From Candidatus Babeliales bacterium (GTDB taxonomy: Bacteria > Babelota > Babeliae > Babelales > JANWKD01), in NCBI GenBank assembly GCA_963762115.1, contig CAVXJH010000003.1, forward strand, positions 480,001 through 544,000: a stretch of DNA of 64,000 nt. Reading direction: 5' to 3'. Made by a program: the position numbers and the translations under genes. Below, piece after piece: positions 1 through 9,620 of this stretch (its first letter is position 1; every line of letters begins with the position of its first letter). The notes beneath the pieces were generated by a model that was given only the letters and a program-made list of their open reading frames with translations, searched no databases and was not told where the DNA came from.

Positions 1-579
1 AATAAGTCCAGGTGTTCCATCATCAGTACAAATAACTTCTGATTCAGTTCTAACAAATGGATTTAAATTTGATTCTAAATCACAGCATGAATCCAATTGT
101 GTTTTAATATCACGGAATGGAATACGAAGACGTAAACCAACATGCCATTGCTCTTCACAACCAAAACGTTTTTCAAGGTTTAAACCAAACCATGCAACGT
201 TTTCTGTGTAATCAAAATTAGGCGTAATATTAATAAAACCTGCTAAAGGAAATGCTGCGGTGCTTGCACCTGGTGCAATAAGGTTCGTTAAATTAAATGA
301 AGGTAATCCAAAACAACGTGCTGCCAAAGATTCTTTTTTTGTTGAATCATTAATGTATGCCGCATTTGCATGACGGAATTCACCAGCCATCCAAGGGTTA
401 ATCATATCAAACCACCAGCACTTGTTGCATTCATTTTCATCAATTGGCGGTAGAAATGGATAATGATTATAAGCATACCCATAGGATAATGGGCTTGGTA
501 TGCGCCATTCTCGTGCATCAAGCTGGCTAAACCCAAGCGCACTCAGCAGGCCCCAAAATAAAAGATTTTGTTTGTTCAT
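1..579 (-). CDS. Secreted/outer-membrane protein, 3' end outside window (not in ORF track)
   Basis: ATG at 579-577 preceded by AAAGGAG; frame open to window edge: MNKQKSFILGLLSALGFSQLDAREWRIPSP...; signal peptide; directly downstream of the 1369-aa gene. Confidence 0.8.
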   Translation of the reverse strand, partial: MNKQNLLFWGLLSALGFSQLDAREWRIPSPLSYGYAYNHYPFLPPIDENECNKCWWFDMINPWMAGEFRHANAAYINDSTKKESLAARCFGLPSFNLTNLIAPGASTAAFPLAGFINITPNFDYTENVAWFGLNLEKRFGCEEQWHVGLRLRIPFRDIKTQLDSCCDLESNLNPFVRTESEVICTDDGTPGLI

Positions 580-610
580 AATTCTCCTTTATGAAGATTC
601 GTATGCATTC

Positions 611-641
611 CCGGAGAACATGGGACCACCATGCCCTCCGG
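611..641. terminator. Intergenic GC-rich stem-loop (terminator or mRNA-stabilising hairpin)
   Basis: CCGGAGAACATGG-GACCA-CCATGCCCTCCGG; the T-run follows on + only, while the flanking genes are on -. Confidence 0.5.
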
Positions 642-656
642 CTTTTTTACTCTCTT

Positions 657-3600
657 TTAAACTGCACCTGCACCAATAATTTCTGTTGGTAATGCTAATG
701 AATCAGTATCCGGATCAATAAGAATATCAACCGCGCCGATTGCAAATGAATGTGTCGATTCAGTAGGATTATTTTGTCTGCTCAATAACAGTCCTTGCTG
801 GAATTCAATTCTATTGATCAATGAACCATCACTGACAAAACCAGCGACCCCAACATTCAACACACCAGGTGCAAAGTTAGCACGTTTATTACTTGGTGCT
901 ACTCCTAATAATGAAGGTCCTGCATAGTTATCAGTTTTCAAGTAATTGAACAAGTTCAAGGCACTTACTCCAGCAGGTTGTGCACCTTTTGAAGGATCAA
1001 CAAGCAAGTATTCGCCCGCCATCATACCAGAAACCAAGAATGCGCCTGTTGCACCAGCAAACGTTGAAACGGTTGGTGTTAATGATGTTGGAACCACAGC
1101 TCTCAATGCTACATCAAGACCACTTTGGAAACAATTAATCTTCACCATGTTACCACCGCCTTGAATAACGGAAGTAAGCGGATTAAAGAGGAACGTGTAA
1201 AGGCCTTGTGTGCCGATTGCTAATAATGATGCATTAAAATCACTGCCATTGAAAATCTTGTTGTGAACGAAAGTACCTTCTTCAACAAGCACTGATAAGG
1301 TTGTGATATTTGATAAACAAGTTACTAACCAATCATTTGGATTGGTGTTTGGTTTGTTAACTATACCAACACCTAAGCCAAAGAATCCTTCGCGATCAAT
1401 ATTGAAGGTAGCACCTGAACCTTGGAGGAACAATTGGAATGAAACGCTACGACCTGTATTGGAATCAATATCACCAACTTGGAACACACCGCCAGGCAAT
1501 GCTGCGTTACCAATTTCAATGCGTGCTTCATTAAGCAATTGGAAACTAATGTTGGTGTTTGTTGTGCAAGTTGGATACGTTTCAACACCAAAATAAGCAC
1601 CAACACCAACAAGCATTGAAGCTGCTTGTGTCATTTGAACGGTACCCAAACCACTCAAAACAACACGGGCATTATCAGTGCTATGTAATGTTGTGCCAAC
1701 AACTGGCGCAACAACTGGTTCAATATAGAATTCAGCTTGATCGCTGAACAATAATGTTCCGCCGCCCAAGATAATACGCGCACCTGGTTCACAAACAAGA
1801 CGAACTTGACCACCAATTTCTAATACTTGATCAGCGGTGGTGAATTGTGAAAGATCTAATACGCCGGGAGCTTTAATGCGAAGTTCTTTTGGTGATGTTG
1901 AATCAATAGTAAGAACATTTTGACCATTAACACCGAATGCAGTACCACTCAAAATATGACACACATTGTTGATGATAATATCTTCATTCAAGATCACGCG
2001 ACCATCACCATTTGGTACTAAGGTTACGCCATTAACACCAAGAACAACTGAACCTTGTAATGCATCAAGATCTTTATGCGTTGTGCCCAAACCGACAATA
2101 CCATTGTTTTGTAACACAATGAATCCGGTAGCAGCTTCAGCTGAATTAAAGCCTTGAATGAATACTAATTCACGAACCAAACCACCATCAACAAGTAAGT
2201 TAGCTGAATCACAAATGCGTGCACGTAAAATTTGCAATTGATCAACATCACCTTGTACTGTTGGTAGTGCATTTAAATTATTGTTGATAACTGCTGGAGC
2301 TGCACATGGCGCTGGTGTTTCTTCAAGTTCATAAGGAATAAAACATGTTGAAGGGAATATGGTTGAATCACAACAATATGCTTTTATTGCCGCACCCCAA
2401 TCTAAGGTGTAATCTGAAAGATGTTGTCCTGCAGGAACGATCACTCGTTGTGTAGGATCAGTAAGATCGAGATTCCATTGAGCAATACCGATTTCTGGAT
2501 CAAAGTATACGCTGTTATATGGTAAATCAATGATACCACCACGGCTCATTGCAACCATTGCGCCCATATTTGCAATTCTATTATGCAACACTCTGAATTG
2601 ACCAAGCGCATCAACAAAGATACCGCCTTGACCGGTAGTTGCACTTGAAGCAGGGTATGCTAATTCACCACCACGTGACATAAATGAAATACAAGCACCA
2701 TCAACTAATAATGCGCCGGTGACTGTTAGAACAAATGTACCACCATCTTCATCAACACCAATTGCACCATTAGTACCAATTGAAATGTTCGTTTCGTTGT
2801 TCAAATAAATTGTTTGAACAGCGAACTGACCAGAAATATCACTAGTGATACCTTCTGTTGTGCAATTGCTATTGGTTGCGGTTAAAATATATAAATCAAG
2901 AAGTCCTGGATTTGGATCAGCAACTTCTTGGAACACATTAAGATGTGATGCCATATCAGTTGTCGTAATACATGTATCAAAACAAATATCGGTACCCAAA
3001 ATCATATTGCGGCCATAACCATCATCTTCGCAACGACCATTGTTATAGAACACAAAAGCACTGATGTTATTGCCACCAACTAAGTTTGGCACTAACCAAT
3101 CAACACCGGTTGATGCAACGCTGGTTTGAATTCTGAATGCACTATTATAGAATGCAATTGTTGGTCTTGGCTCACCTAAATGGCAGAAGAACAAGTAGCT
3201 GTCGCCGCCAATATAGGTAGGCTCTGAACCCAAGTTTGGATTACCAAGATTGAATTCTTCATATACCGCATGATTTTCATCATTGTGTTGCAAGGTAGCA
3301 TTAATAATATTCATTCTATTGTTTACTAAGAATGCGCCACTGTTATAACGAAGATATACACCATTAACATCACGTGCAAAAGTACGTTTTGGGAAAAGAA
3401 GTAATGGCGATTCTTCAGTCACTGGACAACCAGTTGGATCAACTTGCAATGAAAGAATATTAATAGCATTCGTATGACTTGAAGTACCAACAACATTTAA
3501 TGCGCCTTCAACATCAAGTACAATATTTCCTGCACATAGAGTTCGCAATTTTGGATCGATGGTGAAATCATTTGAAACATTGCCACAATTATCAACCCCT

Positions 3601-4766
3601 GAAAGGAAATAAATTGCTGACGTTCCAAGCAGATTAATTGTTGCAGGAATATCATCATCCACACCATCAACAATAAATGCTGAGCCATTTCTTAATCTTT
3701 CAAATGGTTGTGGATTACCACAATCATCAGGAAGGGTAAAGACACAACAAGTATTTGTTGCTGTACCAACGTATTCAATATAGGTAAGATTAGCGACATT
3801 TAATACTGAAGGTGCAACTAAAATAAATCCTGTTTGAACGCCACTAAAAGGAGCTCTTGTAAGAAAATGTTGACAGAAAGGATCTGCTAATAAATCTGTG
3901 CAACCATTATTAGCGTTAACAATTTGCAATGCACCCGAATTTCCTGGTGTTAATAAACTATTATCAACTTCAAAGATTGCTTGGCCACCCGCTTGGACTC
4001 CCAAATCAATATCACTAATCATTAAATTTGGATTATCCAAACCAAGACCAGTAACCGCATGACCACCAATAATCACTGCACCAGTATTTTCAATGGTAAG
4101 TATTGCATTAATACTTGCATTGTTAGCAGGACTGAATTCAATCGCACCAATCGCCGTTGTATTAAATTCATCTGCAATATAACTCATAATTGAATGTGGA
4201 CCGACATTAACCGTGAATGGAACGGTAGGATTTACCAATGAAGCTCTGAATTGCACGAGAGGATCGTTTGGAATATCACCCATACCAACATAAAACTGTG
4301 TGCCGCCTACCGCAGTACTACTTTGAGTAAAGCTTACCGTCTCGCCACCATCGATTAAAAAGATAACATCTCCACCACCAGTTACCGTCACTAATAAATC
4401 AAGACGCGTTGCGCCATTCGCTGAACCGGTAAATTCTAAATTATCTGTAAGCTGAAATGTAATGGTACGACCAACATCAGCAAAAAGATAAAGTTCTGCT
4501 AAACTATTCGTACTCGTAATAATTGAATCACCATTATCTACGGTAATTAAAATATCACAAGTACGGGCTTCAACATGAATACCTCCAACTAAAACGTTGG
4601 TACCAATAATATCAATATTTTGATTAACAACACTATTTGTAATAGTTGAATTATGCCAATTGACGGTTGGTCCACCACATGGTGCTGCAAATGCTGATGG
4701 CATCACTACCAAAAGGCCTGCTAAAATTGCTTGACTAAAACCACCTTGGAGAAATTTTTTCCTCAT
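657..4766 (-). CDS. Large secreted Cys-rich, beta-rich surface protein (1369 aa)
   Basis: Signal peptide ending ...PSAFA; rich in G/N/T/V/I, poor in K; many Cys including CC pairs; SD AGAGG. Confidence 0.8.
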   Translation of the reverse strand: MRKKFLQGGFSQAILAGLLVVMPSAFAAPCGGPTVNWHNSTITNSVVNQNIDIIGTNVLVGGIHVEARTCDILITVDNGDSIITSTNSLAELYLFADVGRTITFQLTDNLEFTGSANGATRLDLLVTVTGGGDVIFLIDGGETVSFTQSSTAVGGTQFYVGMGDIPNDPLVQFRASLVNPTVPFTVNVGPHSIMSYIADEFNTTAIGAIEFSPANNASINAILTIENTGAVIIGGHAVTGLGLDNPNLMISDIDLGVQAGGQAIFEVDNSLLTPGNSGALQIVNANNGCTDLLADPFCQHFLTRAPFSGVQTGFILVAPSVLNVANLTYIEYVGTATNTCCVFTLPDDCGNPQPFERLRNGSAFIVDGVDDDIPATINLLGTSAIYFLSGVDNCGNVSNDFTIDPKLRTLCAGNIVLDVEGALNVVGTSSHTNAINILSLQVDPTGCPVTEESPLLLFPKRTFARDVNGVYLRYNSGAFLVNNRMNIINATLQHNDENHAVYEEFNLGNPNLGSEPTYIGGDSYLFFCHLGEPRPTIAFYNSAFRIQTSVASTGVDWLVPNLVGGNNISAFVFYNNGRCEDDGYGRNMILGTDICFDTCITTTDMASHLNVFQEVADPNPGLLDLYILTATNSNCTTEGITSDISGQFAVQTIYLNNETNISIGTNGAIGVDEDGGTFVLTVTGALLVDGACISFMSRGGELAYPASSATTGQGGIFVDALGQFRVLHNRIANMGAMVAMSRGGIIDLPYNSVYFDPEIGIAQWNLDLTDPTQRVIVPAGQHLSDYTLDWGAAIKAYCCDSTIFPSTCFIPYELEETPAPCAAPAVINNNLNALPTVQGDVDQLQILRARICDSANLLVDGGLVRELVFIQGFNSAEAATGFIVLQNNGIVGLGTTHKDLDALQGSVVLGVNGVTLVPNGDGRVILNEDIIINNVCHILSGTAFGVNGQNVLTIDSTSPKELRIKAPGVLDLSQFTTADQVLEIGGQVRLVCEPGARIILGGGTLLFSDQAEFYIEPVVAPVVGTTLHSTDNARVVLSGLGTVQMTQAASMLVGVGAYFGVETYPTCTTNTNISFQLLNEARIEIGNAALPGGVFQVGDIDSNTGRSVSFQLFLQGSGATFNIDREGFFGLGVGIVNKPNTNPNDWLVTCLSNITTLSVLVEEGTFVHNKIFNGSDFNASLLAIGTQGLYTFLFNPLTSVIQGGGNMVKINCFQSGLDVALRAVVPTSLTPTVSTFAGATGAFLVSGMMAGEYLLVDPSKGAQPAGVSALNLFNYLKTDNYAGPSLLGVAPSNKRANFAPGVLNVGVAGFVSDGSLINRIEFQQGLLLSRQNNPTESTHSFAIGAVDILIDPDTDSLALPTEIIGAGAV

Positions 4767-5000
4767 ATTCCTCTTCCTTTTTTTTTGAGGTTAACAGTTT
4801 TTTCTCAATAATAAACCAGCTAATTGCTTGATTATTGTTATTTTCTTATTGCCGCTTTTCACCTCCGTATATCGCAAAGTAATAGACCATTAACTTCATT
4901 TAATCAGTCTTTTTTTATTATTATTTTTATAATTATGCTTCACAAAGACCTGTGCAACAGTATTAAAATGCTTAGCAAGAAAAGTCAAGGCTTTTTTAAA

Positions 5001-6089
5001 CTAAGATGCTTTTAAAGATATCCAAATGTCATTAATAGCAGCTTTAGAAATAACATTTCTGAAAAAATCTAATGAGAAAGATTCATCGAAATGTGCCTTA
5101 TAAATTGAGGAGCTAAATTGGCCTTGTTGCAACAACGAAACAAGATCAAGAGTAGCCGGAAAAAAAGTAAAGGAATCAAAATGAAAAGAAATTGTTTCCG
5201 GTTGATACAAAAAATTTAACAATTCATAAACAAGTTCAGGTTTTTTACTCGCCTTGGGAATAACCCAATTGTCTGTTACCATAAAACTTCCTTGTTTAGG
5301 AATAATAAATTCAACCGATGGTTTCACCGCCATCAAACGTGAAACAAAAGGAGTGGTAATAACCACGACAGGACATGCTTTTGAAATGAGTAGATAATCA
5401 GCACGAAATTCAGTATATGCTTCGACCCATGTTTTTTGTTTAATGAGTAACGCCTTAATCGCTTCTTTTTTTTCTTCAGTTAAAGTATCGATACTTTTAA
5501 ACAAATACTGCGCCGTCAATAATATTGCTTCTCGCGGCGTATCAAGCATAGCAATTTTAGCATGAGCGGATAATGGATTAAAGAGTAAATCCCATGATGC
5601 TTCAGGAACAATGCCACCAAAAAACTCAGTGTCAATACCAAGACCATAAATCCCCCAATAGTAGGGAATTGAAAAAAGATTTCCTGGATCAAAATAACAA
5701 TCTAACAACCGTGGAATGATACGTTCCCATGCCAAGAACTTTTTTTTATCCAAAGGCTGTAATAAATCTTCTTGTATTAACTGCTGAACAGCATAATCTG
5801 AGGGAATAATAAGATCGTACCCTTCACCCTGCGTTGCTCGCATTTTCACTAACAGTTCATCATTGTTATCAAAATAACTCATATTGACTACAATGCCGGT
5901 ACGCTCTTGAAATTTTTGTAACATTTCTTCATCAATCATATCAGTCCATGTTGCAACATTAATAGATCGATCTGTTCGCGTAAAATGAAAAAAATAAGGC
6001 ATGTATAAAAATGCAAAAAACACCGTCAACCAAAAAATGATAATCAAGCATTTAAAAAAAAATTGTTTGAGATGAAAGCTTATTGGCAT
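5001..6089 (-). CDS. potD: Spermidine/putrescine ABC transporter substrate-binding protein
   Basis: PotD-like motifs (GYDLIIPSDY, PYYWG, DNWVIPK); last gene of pot operon. Confidence 0.9.
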   Translation of the reverse strand: MPISFHLKQFFFKCLIIIFWLTVFFAFLYMPYFFHFTRTDRSINVATWTDMIDEEMLQKFQERTGIVVNMSYFDNNDELLVKMRATQGEGYDLIIPSDYAVQQLIQEDLLQPLDKKKFLAWERIIPRLLDCYFDPGNLFSIPYYWGIYGLGIDTEFFGGIVPEASWDLLFNPLSAHAKIAMLDTPREAILLTAQYLFKSIDTLTEEKKEAIKALLIKQKTWVEAYTEFRADYLLISKACPVVVITTPFVSRLMAVKPSVEFIIPKQGSFMVTDNWVIPKASKKPELVYELLNFLYQPETISFHFDSFTFFPATLDLVSLLQQGQFSSSIYKAHFDESFSLDFFRNVISKAAINDIWISLKAS

Positions 6090-6090
6090 A

Positions 6091-6864
6091 CTAAAAAATC
6101 CTAATTTTTGATTTTAATGAGCAAAATATAAGCACTCCTACACTACTTATCACTAATAACAACGTTGAAAGTGCATTAATCACGGGAGAAATACCCGTAC
6201 GAATAAGCGCAAAAATATAAAGCGGCAATGTTTGTGCTGAAGTTCCCGCACAAAAAAATGCCAACAAAAAATCATCAAAAGAAATCACAAAAACCAATAA
6301 TCCTGCAGCAATAAGCGCAGGAAATAAAAGAGGAATAACAATACGAAAAAATGTTTGATTAAGCGATGCGCCAAGATCTAACGAAGCTTCAATAATACTA
6401 TAATCAAGTTCTTTAAAACGTGCAGCAAGAATAGGCACCACATACCCAAATCCTAACACCGTGTGAGCAGCTGTTAACGCTAATAAACCAGTTGGAATAG
6501 CAAAAAAAGTAAACAAAGCGAGCAAACTTACTGCCAATATTATTTCGGGAAAAACTAAATTACCATAAAAAAATGGAATGAGCCGTTCATATTTACTGCG
6601 CGCTATATAAAAAATAAAAGTGATACTCATCGTTAACGACAAGAAAACTGAACTCATCGCTACGATTAATGAATTTTTTACCGCATGCCAAATCTCAGTT
6701 GAATGAAGTAATTCTTGATACCACTCCAGCGAGAAGCCTACCCAACGATAAGGAAATGCTATTTTATTACAAGAAAAAACAATCAACACAATAATGGGAA
6801 GATAGATAAAAGCAAAAACAGAAAAAACAAAAAAAGGAAGTAACATTCTTTTGAGAAAATTCAT
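6091..6864 (-). CDS. potC: Polyamine ABC transporter permease
   Basis: YLPIIVLIVFS...GFSLEWY; EAA loop EASLDLGA; SFDDF. Confidence 0.9.
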   Translation of the reverse strand: MNFLKRMLLPFFVFSVFAFIYLPIIVLIVFSCNKIAFPYRWVGFSLEWYQELLHSTEIWHAVKNSLIVAMSSVFLSLTMSITFIFYIARSKYERLIPFFYGNLVFPEIILAVSLLALFTFFAIPTGLLALTAAHTVLGFGYVVPILAARFKELDYSIIEASLDLGASLNQTFFRIVIPLLFPALIAAGLLVFVISFDDFLLAFFCAGTSAQTLPLYIFALIRTGISPVINALSTLLLVISSVGVLIFCSLKSKIRIF

Positions 6865-7700
6865 TGCTCAGTCTCCTTTTGTGCAGGAAAAATTTTTTGC
6901 ACAAATATACTGAATAAAAAAACAATAACAAACAAAACACAACTACTCAGTACGGTAAATGCTGATCCTGCAAATTTATTTTGCCCTATCAAAAAATAAT
7001 GGGATATAAGCGTGCCAACAAACATATATTTATCACCACCAACGAGCAAAGGAATCACAAATTCTCCAAATGCTGGCACAAAAACAAGCAAAAAACCTGC
7101 CTTAATTCCTGGCATCGTAATAGGAACAATGACATTCCATAATGTTTGCCATTGATTAGCACCAAGATCTTTTGAAGCTTCAATCAAATTCAAATCAATT
7201 TTTTCCAATACGCTAAAAAGCGGCATAATCATGAATGGCAAATAACAATAAAACATGACAATCATAATCGCAAAAAAATTATTAATAAGCTCAACTGGTT
7301 GGGAAAGAATCCCCATGCTCATTAATAATGAATTCAATAAGCCATCACGATCTAAAATAAAAAACCATGCATAGGTCAAAACCAACAGATTTGTCCAAAA
7401 TGGCAAAATAATAAAAAACAAAAAAATATTTTTGTAAGCGCGCTTTCTTAAAGCAATAAAATAAGCGAGAGGATAACCGACTACAAGACATACTATGGCG
7501 GTTAAAAATGCAAGAATTAACGAACGAACGAAAATAGAACCATATATGACATCAAATAAAAGAGAATAATTTTTTAAGGTAAAACCTGTTGTTGCCGCAT
7601 CAGTAAAACTAAGCACAATAACAAATAAAAGAGGGATATAAAAAAATAACAATTGCCACAATAAAGCAGGAACTGCTTTGAAAAAAGATGAATTATTCAT
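6861..7700 (-). CDS. potB: Polyamine ABC transporter permease
   Basis: ILPFWTN, YLPFMIMP, EASKDLGA; start set to ATG 7700 (ATGA overlap with potA stop). Confidence 0.9.
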   Translation of the reverse strand: MNNSSFFKAVPALLWQLLFFYIPLLFVIVLSFTDAATTGFTLKNYSLLFDVIYGSIFVRSLILAFLTAIVCLVVGYPLAYFIALRKRAYKNIFLFFIILPFWTNLLVLTYAWFFILDRDGLLNSLLMSMGILSQPVELINNFFAIMIVMFYCYLPFMIMPLFSVLEKIDLNLIEASKDLGANQWQTLWNVIVPITMPGIKAGFLLVFVPAFGEFVIPLLVGGDKYMFVGTLISHYFLIGQNKFAGSAFTVLSSCVLFVIVFLFSIFVQKIFPAQKETEQ

Positions 7701-8782
7701 TTCTCTAATAACACCGCATTTTCTTTTTGCCAATACACATTTACCGTTGAACCGTAATCAATCACTTGACGAGGAAAGTGTTCTTCATTTTGTTCAAAAA
7801 TACTTAATAAATGATCATTCTTCAAGCGAACGTTATATTGCGTTGATCGTCCCTGATATACAATTGACTCAACAACACCAGTAAGATGATTCGAAAATCC
7901 TGGCGTTTCGGGTATGCTGATCCAAATTTTTTCAGGTCGCAAACTAATATACATTGATGTTCCTTCAACAAGTTCTTTATTTTCAGGAACAGCAAGTTGA
8001 AAAAAACCTAACCCTGATAATTCAATATGTGGTGTCGCCCCATTATGAAAGATTCCTTTGAGAATATTTGTTGTTCCCACAAATTTTGCAACAAAAATAG
8101 AAACGGGAAATTCATAAATTTCTTTAGGAGTGCCAATTTGCTCAATCATGCCATCTTGATTCATAATTGCCATTTGATCAGCAACGGTAAGAGCTTCAAA
8201 CTGATCATGAGTAACATAGACAAAAGTAGTTTGTAACTTACTTTGCAAATCAATCAGCTCAATGAGTACTTTTTCTCGCAACTTCAAATCTAATGCGGTA
8301 AGTGGCTCATCTAACAACAAAACATCTGGCTCATTAATGATTGCTCTTGCAAGAGCAACACGTTGTTTCTGACCACCAGAAAGTTGATTAATAAATTTAT
8401 TCTTGTGATATTCCAAATGAACTGTCTTAAGCACTTTGGTTACTTTTTCTTCAATAATTGCTCGAGAAAGGCCTTTTATTTTTTGACTATAAGCAACATT
8501 ATCAAACACATTAAGATGCGGAAAAAGTGCATAATTTTGAAAGACAGTATTTATATGGCGCTTATTACTCGGCAAATGAGTAATATTTTCGTCACCCAAA
8601 AATATTTCTCCGCCATTTGCGTCCTCAAATCCACCAATCAAACGAAGCACCGTTGTTTTTCCACAACCGCTTGGTCCTAAAAGAGCAAAAAATTGTCCTG
8701 CCGGAATAGTGAGATTAAGATTTTCAAGAATAATATCCCCATTATAGGACTTCTTGATATTCTCGAGCCTTATACTTTTCAT
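7697..8782 (-). CDS. potA: Polyamine ABC transporter ATP-binding protein
   Basis: Walker A GPSGCGKT, VFQNYALFPH, LSGGQ, LLLDEP; start set to ATG 8782 (MKSIRLENIKK). Confidence 0.92.
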   Translation of the reverse strand: MKSIRLENIKKSYNGDIILENLNLTIPAGQFFALLGPSGCGKTTVLRLIGGFEDANGGEIFLGDENITHLPSNKRHINTVFQNYALFPHLNVFDNVAYSQKIKGLSRAIIEEKVTKVLKTVHLEYHKNKFINQLSGGQKQRVALARAIINEPDVLLLDEPLTALDLKLREKVLIELIDLQSKLQTTFVYVTHDQFEALTVADQMAIMNQDGMIEQIGTPKEIYEFPVSIFVAKFVGTTNILKGIFHNGATPHIELSGLGFFQLAVPENKELVEGTSMYISLRPEKIWISIPETPGFSNHLTGVVESIVYQGRSTQYNVRLKNDHLLSIFEQNEEHFPRQVIDYGSTVNVYWQKENAVLLEK

Positions 8783-9491
8783 TATTTTTTCTCGATTTTG
8801 CAAAAAACATAGGAACAACAACATCAGCCAAAGTGCATGGTACCACAACAGCAATCACCAAAAAGACATATAATAAACCCATTTGGGGATACCAATTGCT
8901 AAATCCTTCAGAAACTAAATAGAATAATGAAGCTAAAGAACTTATCAAAATATGGCCAAAATGCGAACCAACTGAATAAAAAGTCTTCAGCGATGATGCA
9001 TGCTTGCTCATAACAATGCCATTCAAAAGACCGATGCAAAAGAAGGGAATAATATTATGAAGTTCCGAATAAAAACAAAGATGAAAATTCATATGAACAC
9101 CAAGCATTAACCCAGCAATATAGGGCAAAATGACGTCTGATAGCGTACAGAAAAACATTGATGATACTAAAGCAACTATAACGCCTTTAAATAAATTAGA
9201 AGAAAACCGTGAAAACATTATTAATGAACCGGTCATTGCAAAAATAATATGTAAAAAGTGAAAACTATGAAACAGTAAATGAGCCCCATTTGCTGCATGA
9301 TGATGGTCACCATGAGCAATCTCGCCATGGCCATGACTTAAGCCAAAAACATCCAACAAACTCAAAATAATCAACCCAAGAGCAACCGAAAAGATTGCAT
9401 AGGGTAAATGATGTACTAACTCACCAATAACACTATGATCGTGATGATGTTCATGATCATGCTTATGACAATTATTTAATTCTTTTTCCAT
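8742..9491 (-). CDS. His-rich multi-pass membrane protein, possible metal permease
   Basis: ATG 9491 with GGAG; HKHDHEHHHDH N-terminus, HGHG..HHH loop, several TM segments. Confidence 0.7.
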   Translation of the reverse strand: MEKELNNCHKHDHEHHHDHSVIGELVHHLPYAIFSVALGLIILSLLDVFGLSHGHGEIAHGDHHHAANGAHLLFHSFHFLHIIFAMTGSLIMFSRFSSNLFKGVIVALVSSMFFCTLSDVILPYIAGLMLGVHMNFHLCFYSELHNIIPFFCIGLLNGIVMSKHASSLKTFYSVGSHFGHILISSLASLFYLVSEGFSNWYPQMGLLYVFLVIAVVVPCTLADVVVPMFFAKSRKNNEKYKAREYQEVL

Positions 9492-9620
9492 AACTCCAAA
9501 TTCCTTATTAAAAAATAGTATTTTTAACACCAAATATCTCTCTTTTTTACTATAAAGATTTTTCTCAAATAAAGCAAAAAAAGCAGGGAAACAAATTTCA
9601 TTTTGAATAAAAAGAAAAGG

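Noticed and set aside
946..2157. Plus-strand ORFs inside the 1369-aa gene, and similar shadow ORFs across the window
   Set aside because: Antisense or alternate-frame shadows of long genes, without SD or motifs
8783..8854. N-terminal extension of potA in the ORF track (also extensions of tnpA, nurA, 14526, 41012, 51511)
   Set aside because: They overlap upstream genes or IS ends; downstream starts fit homology, SD or stop/start coupling better
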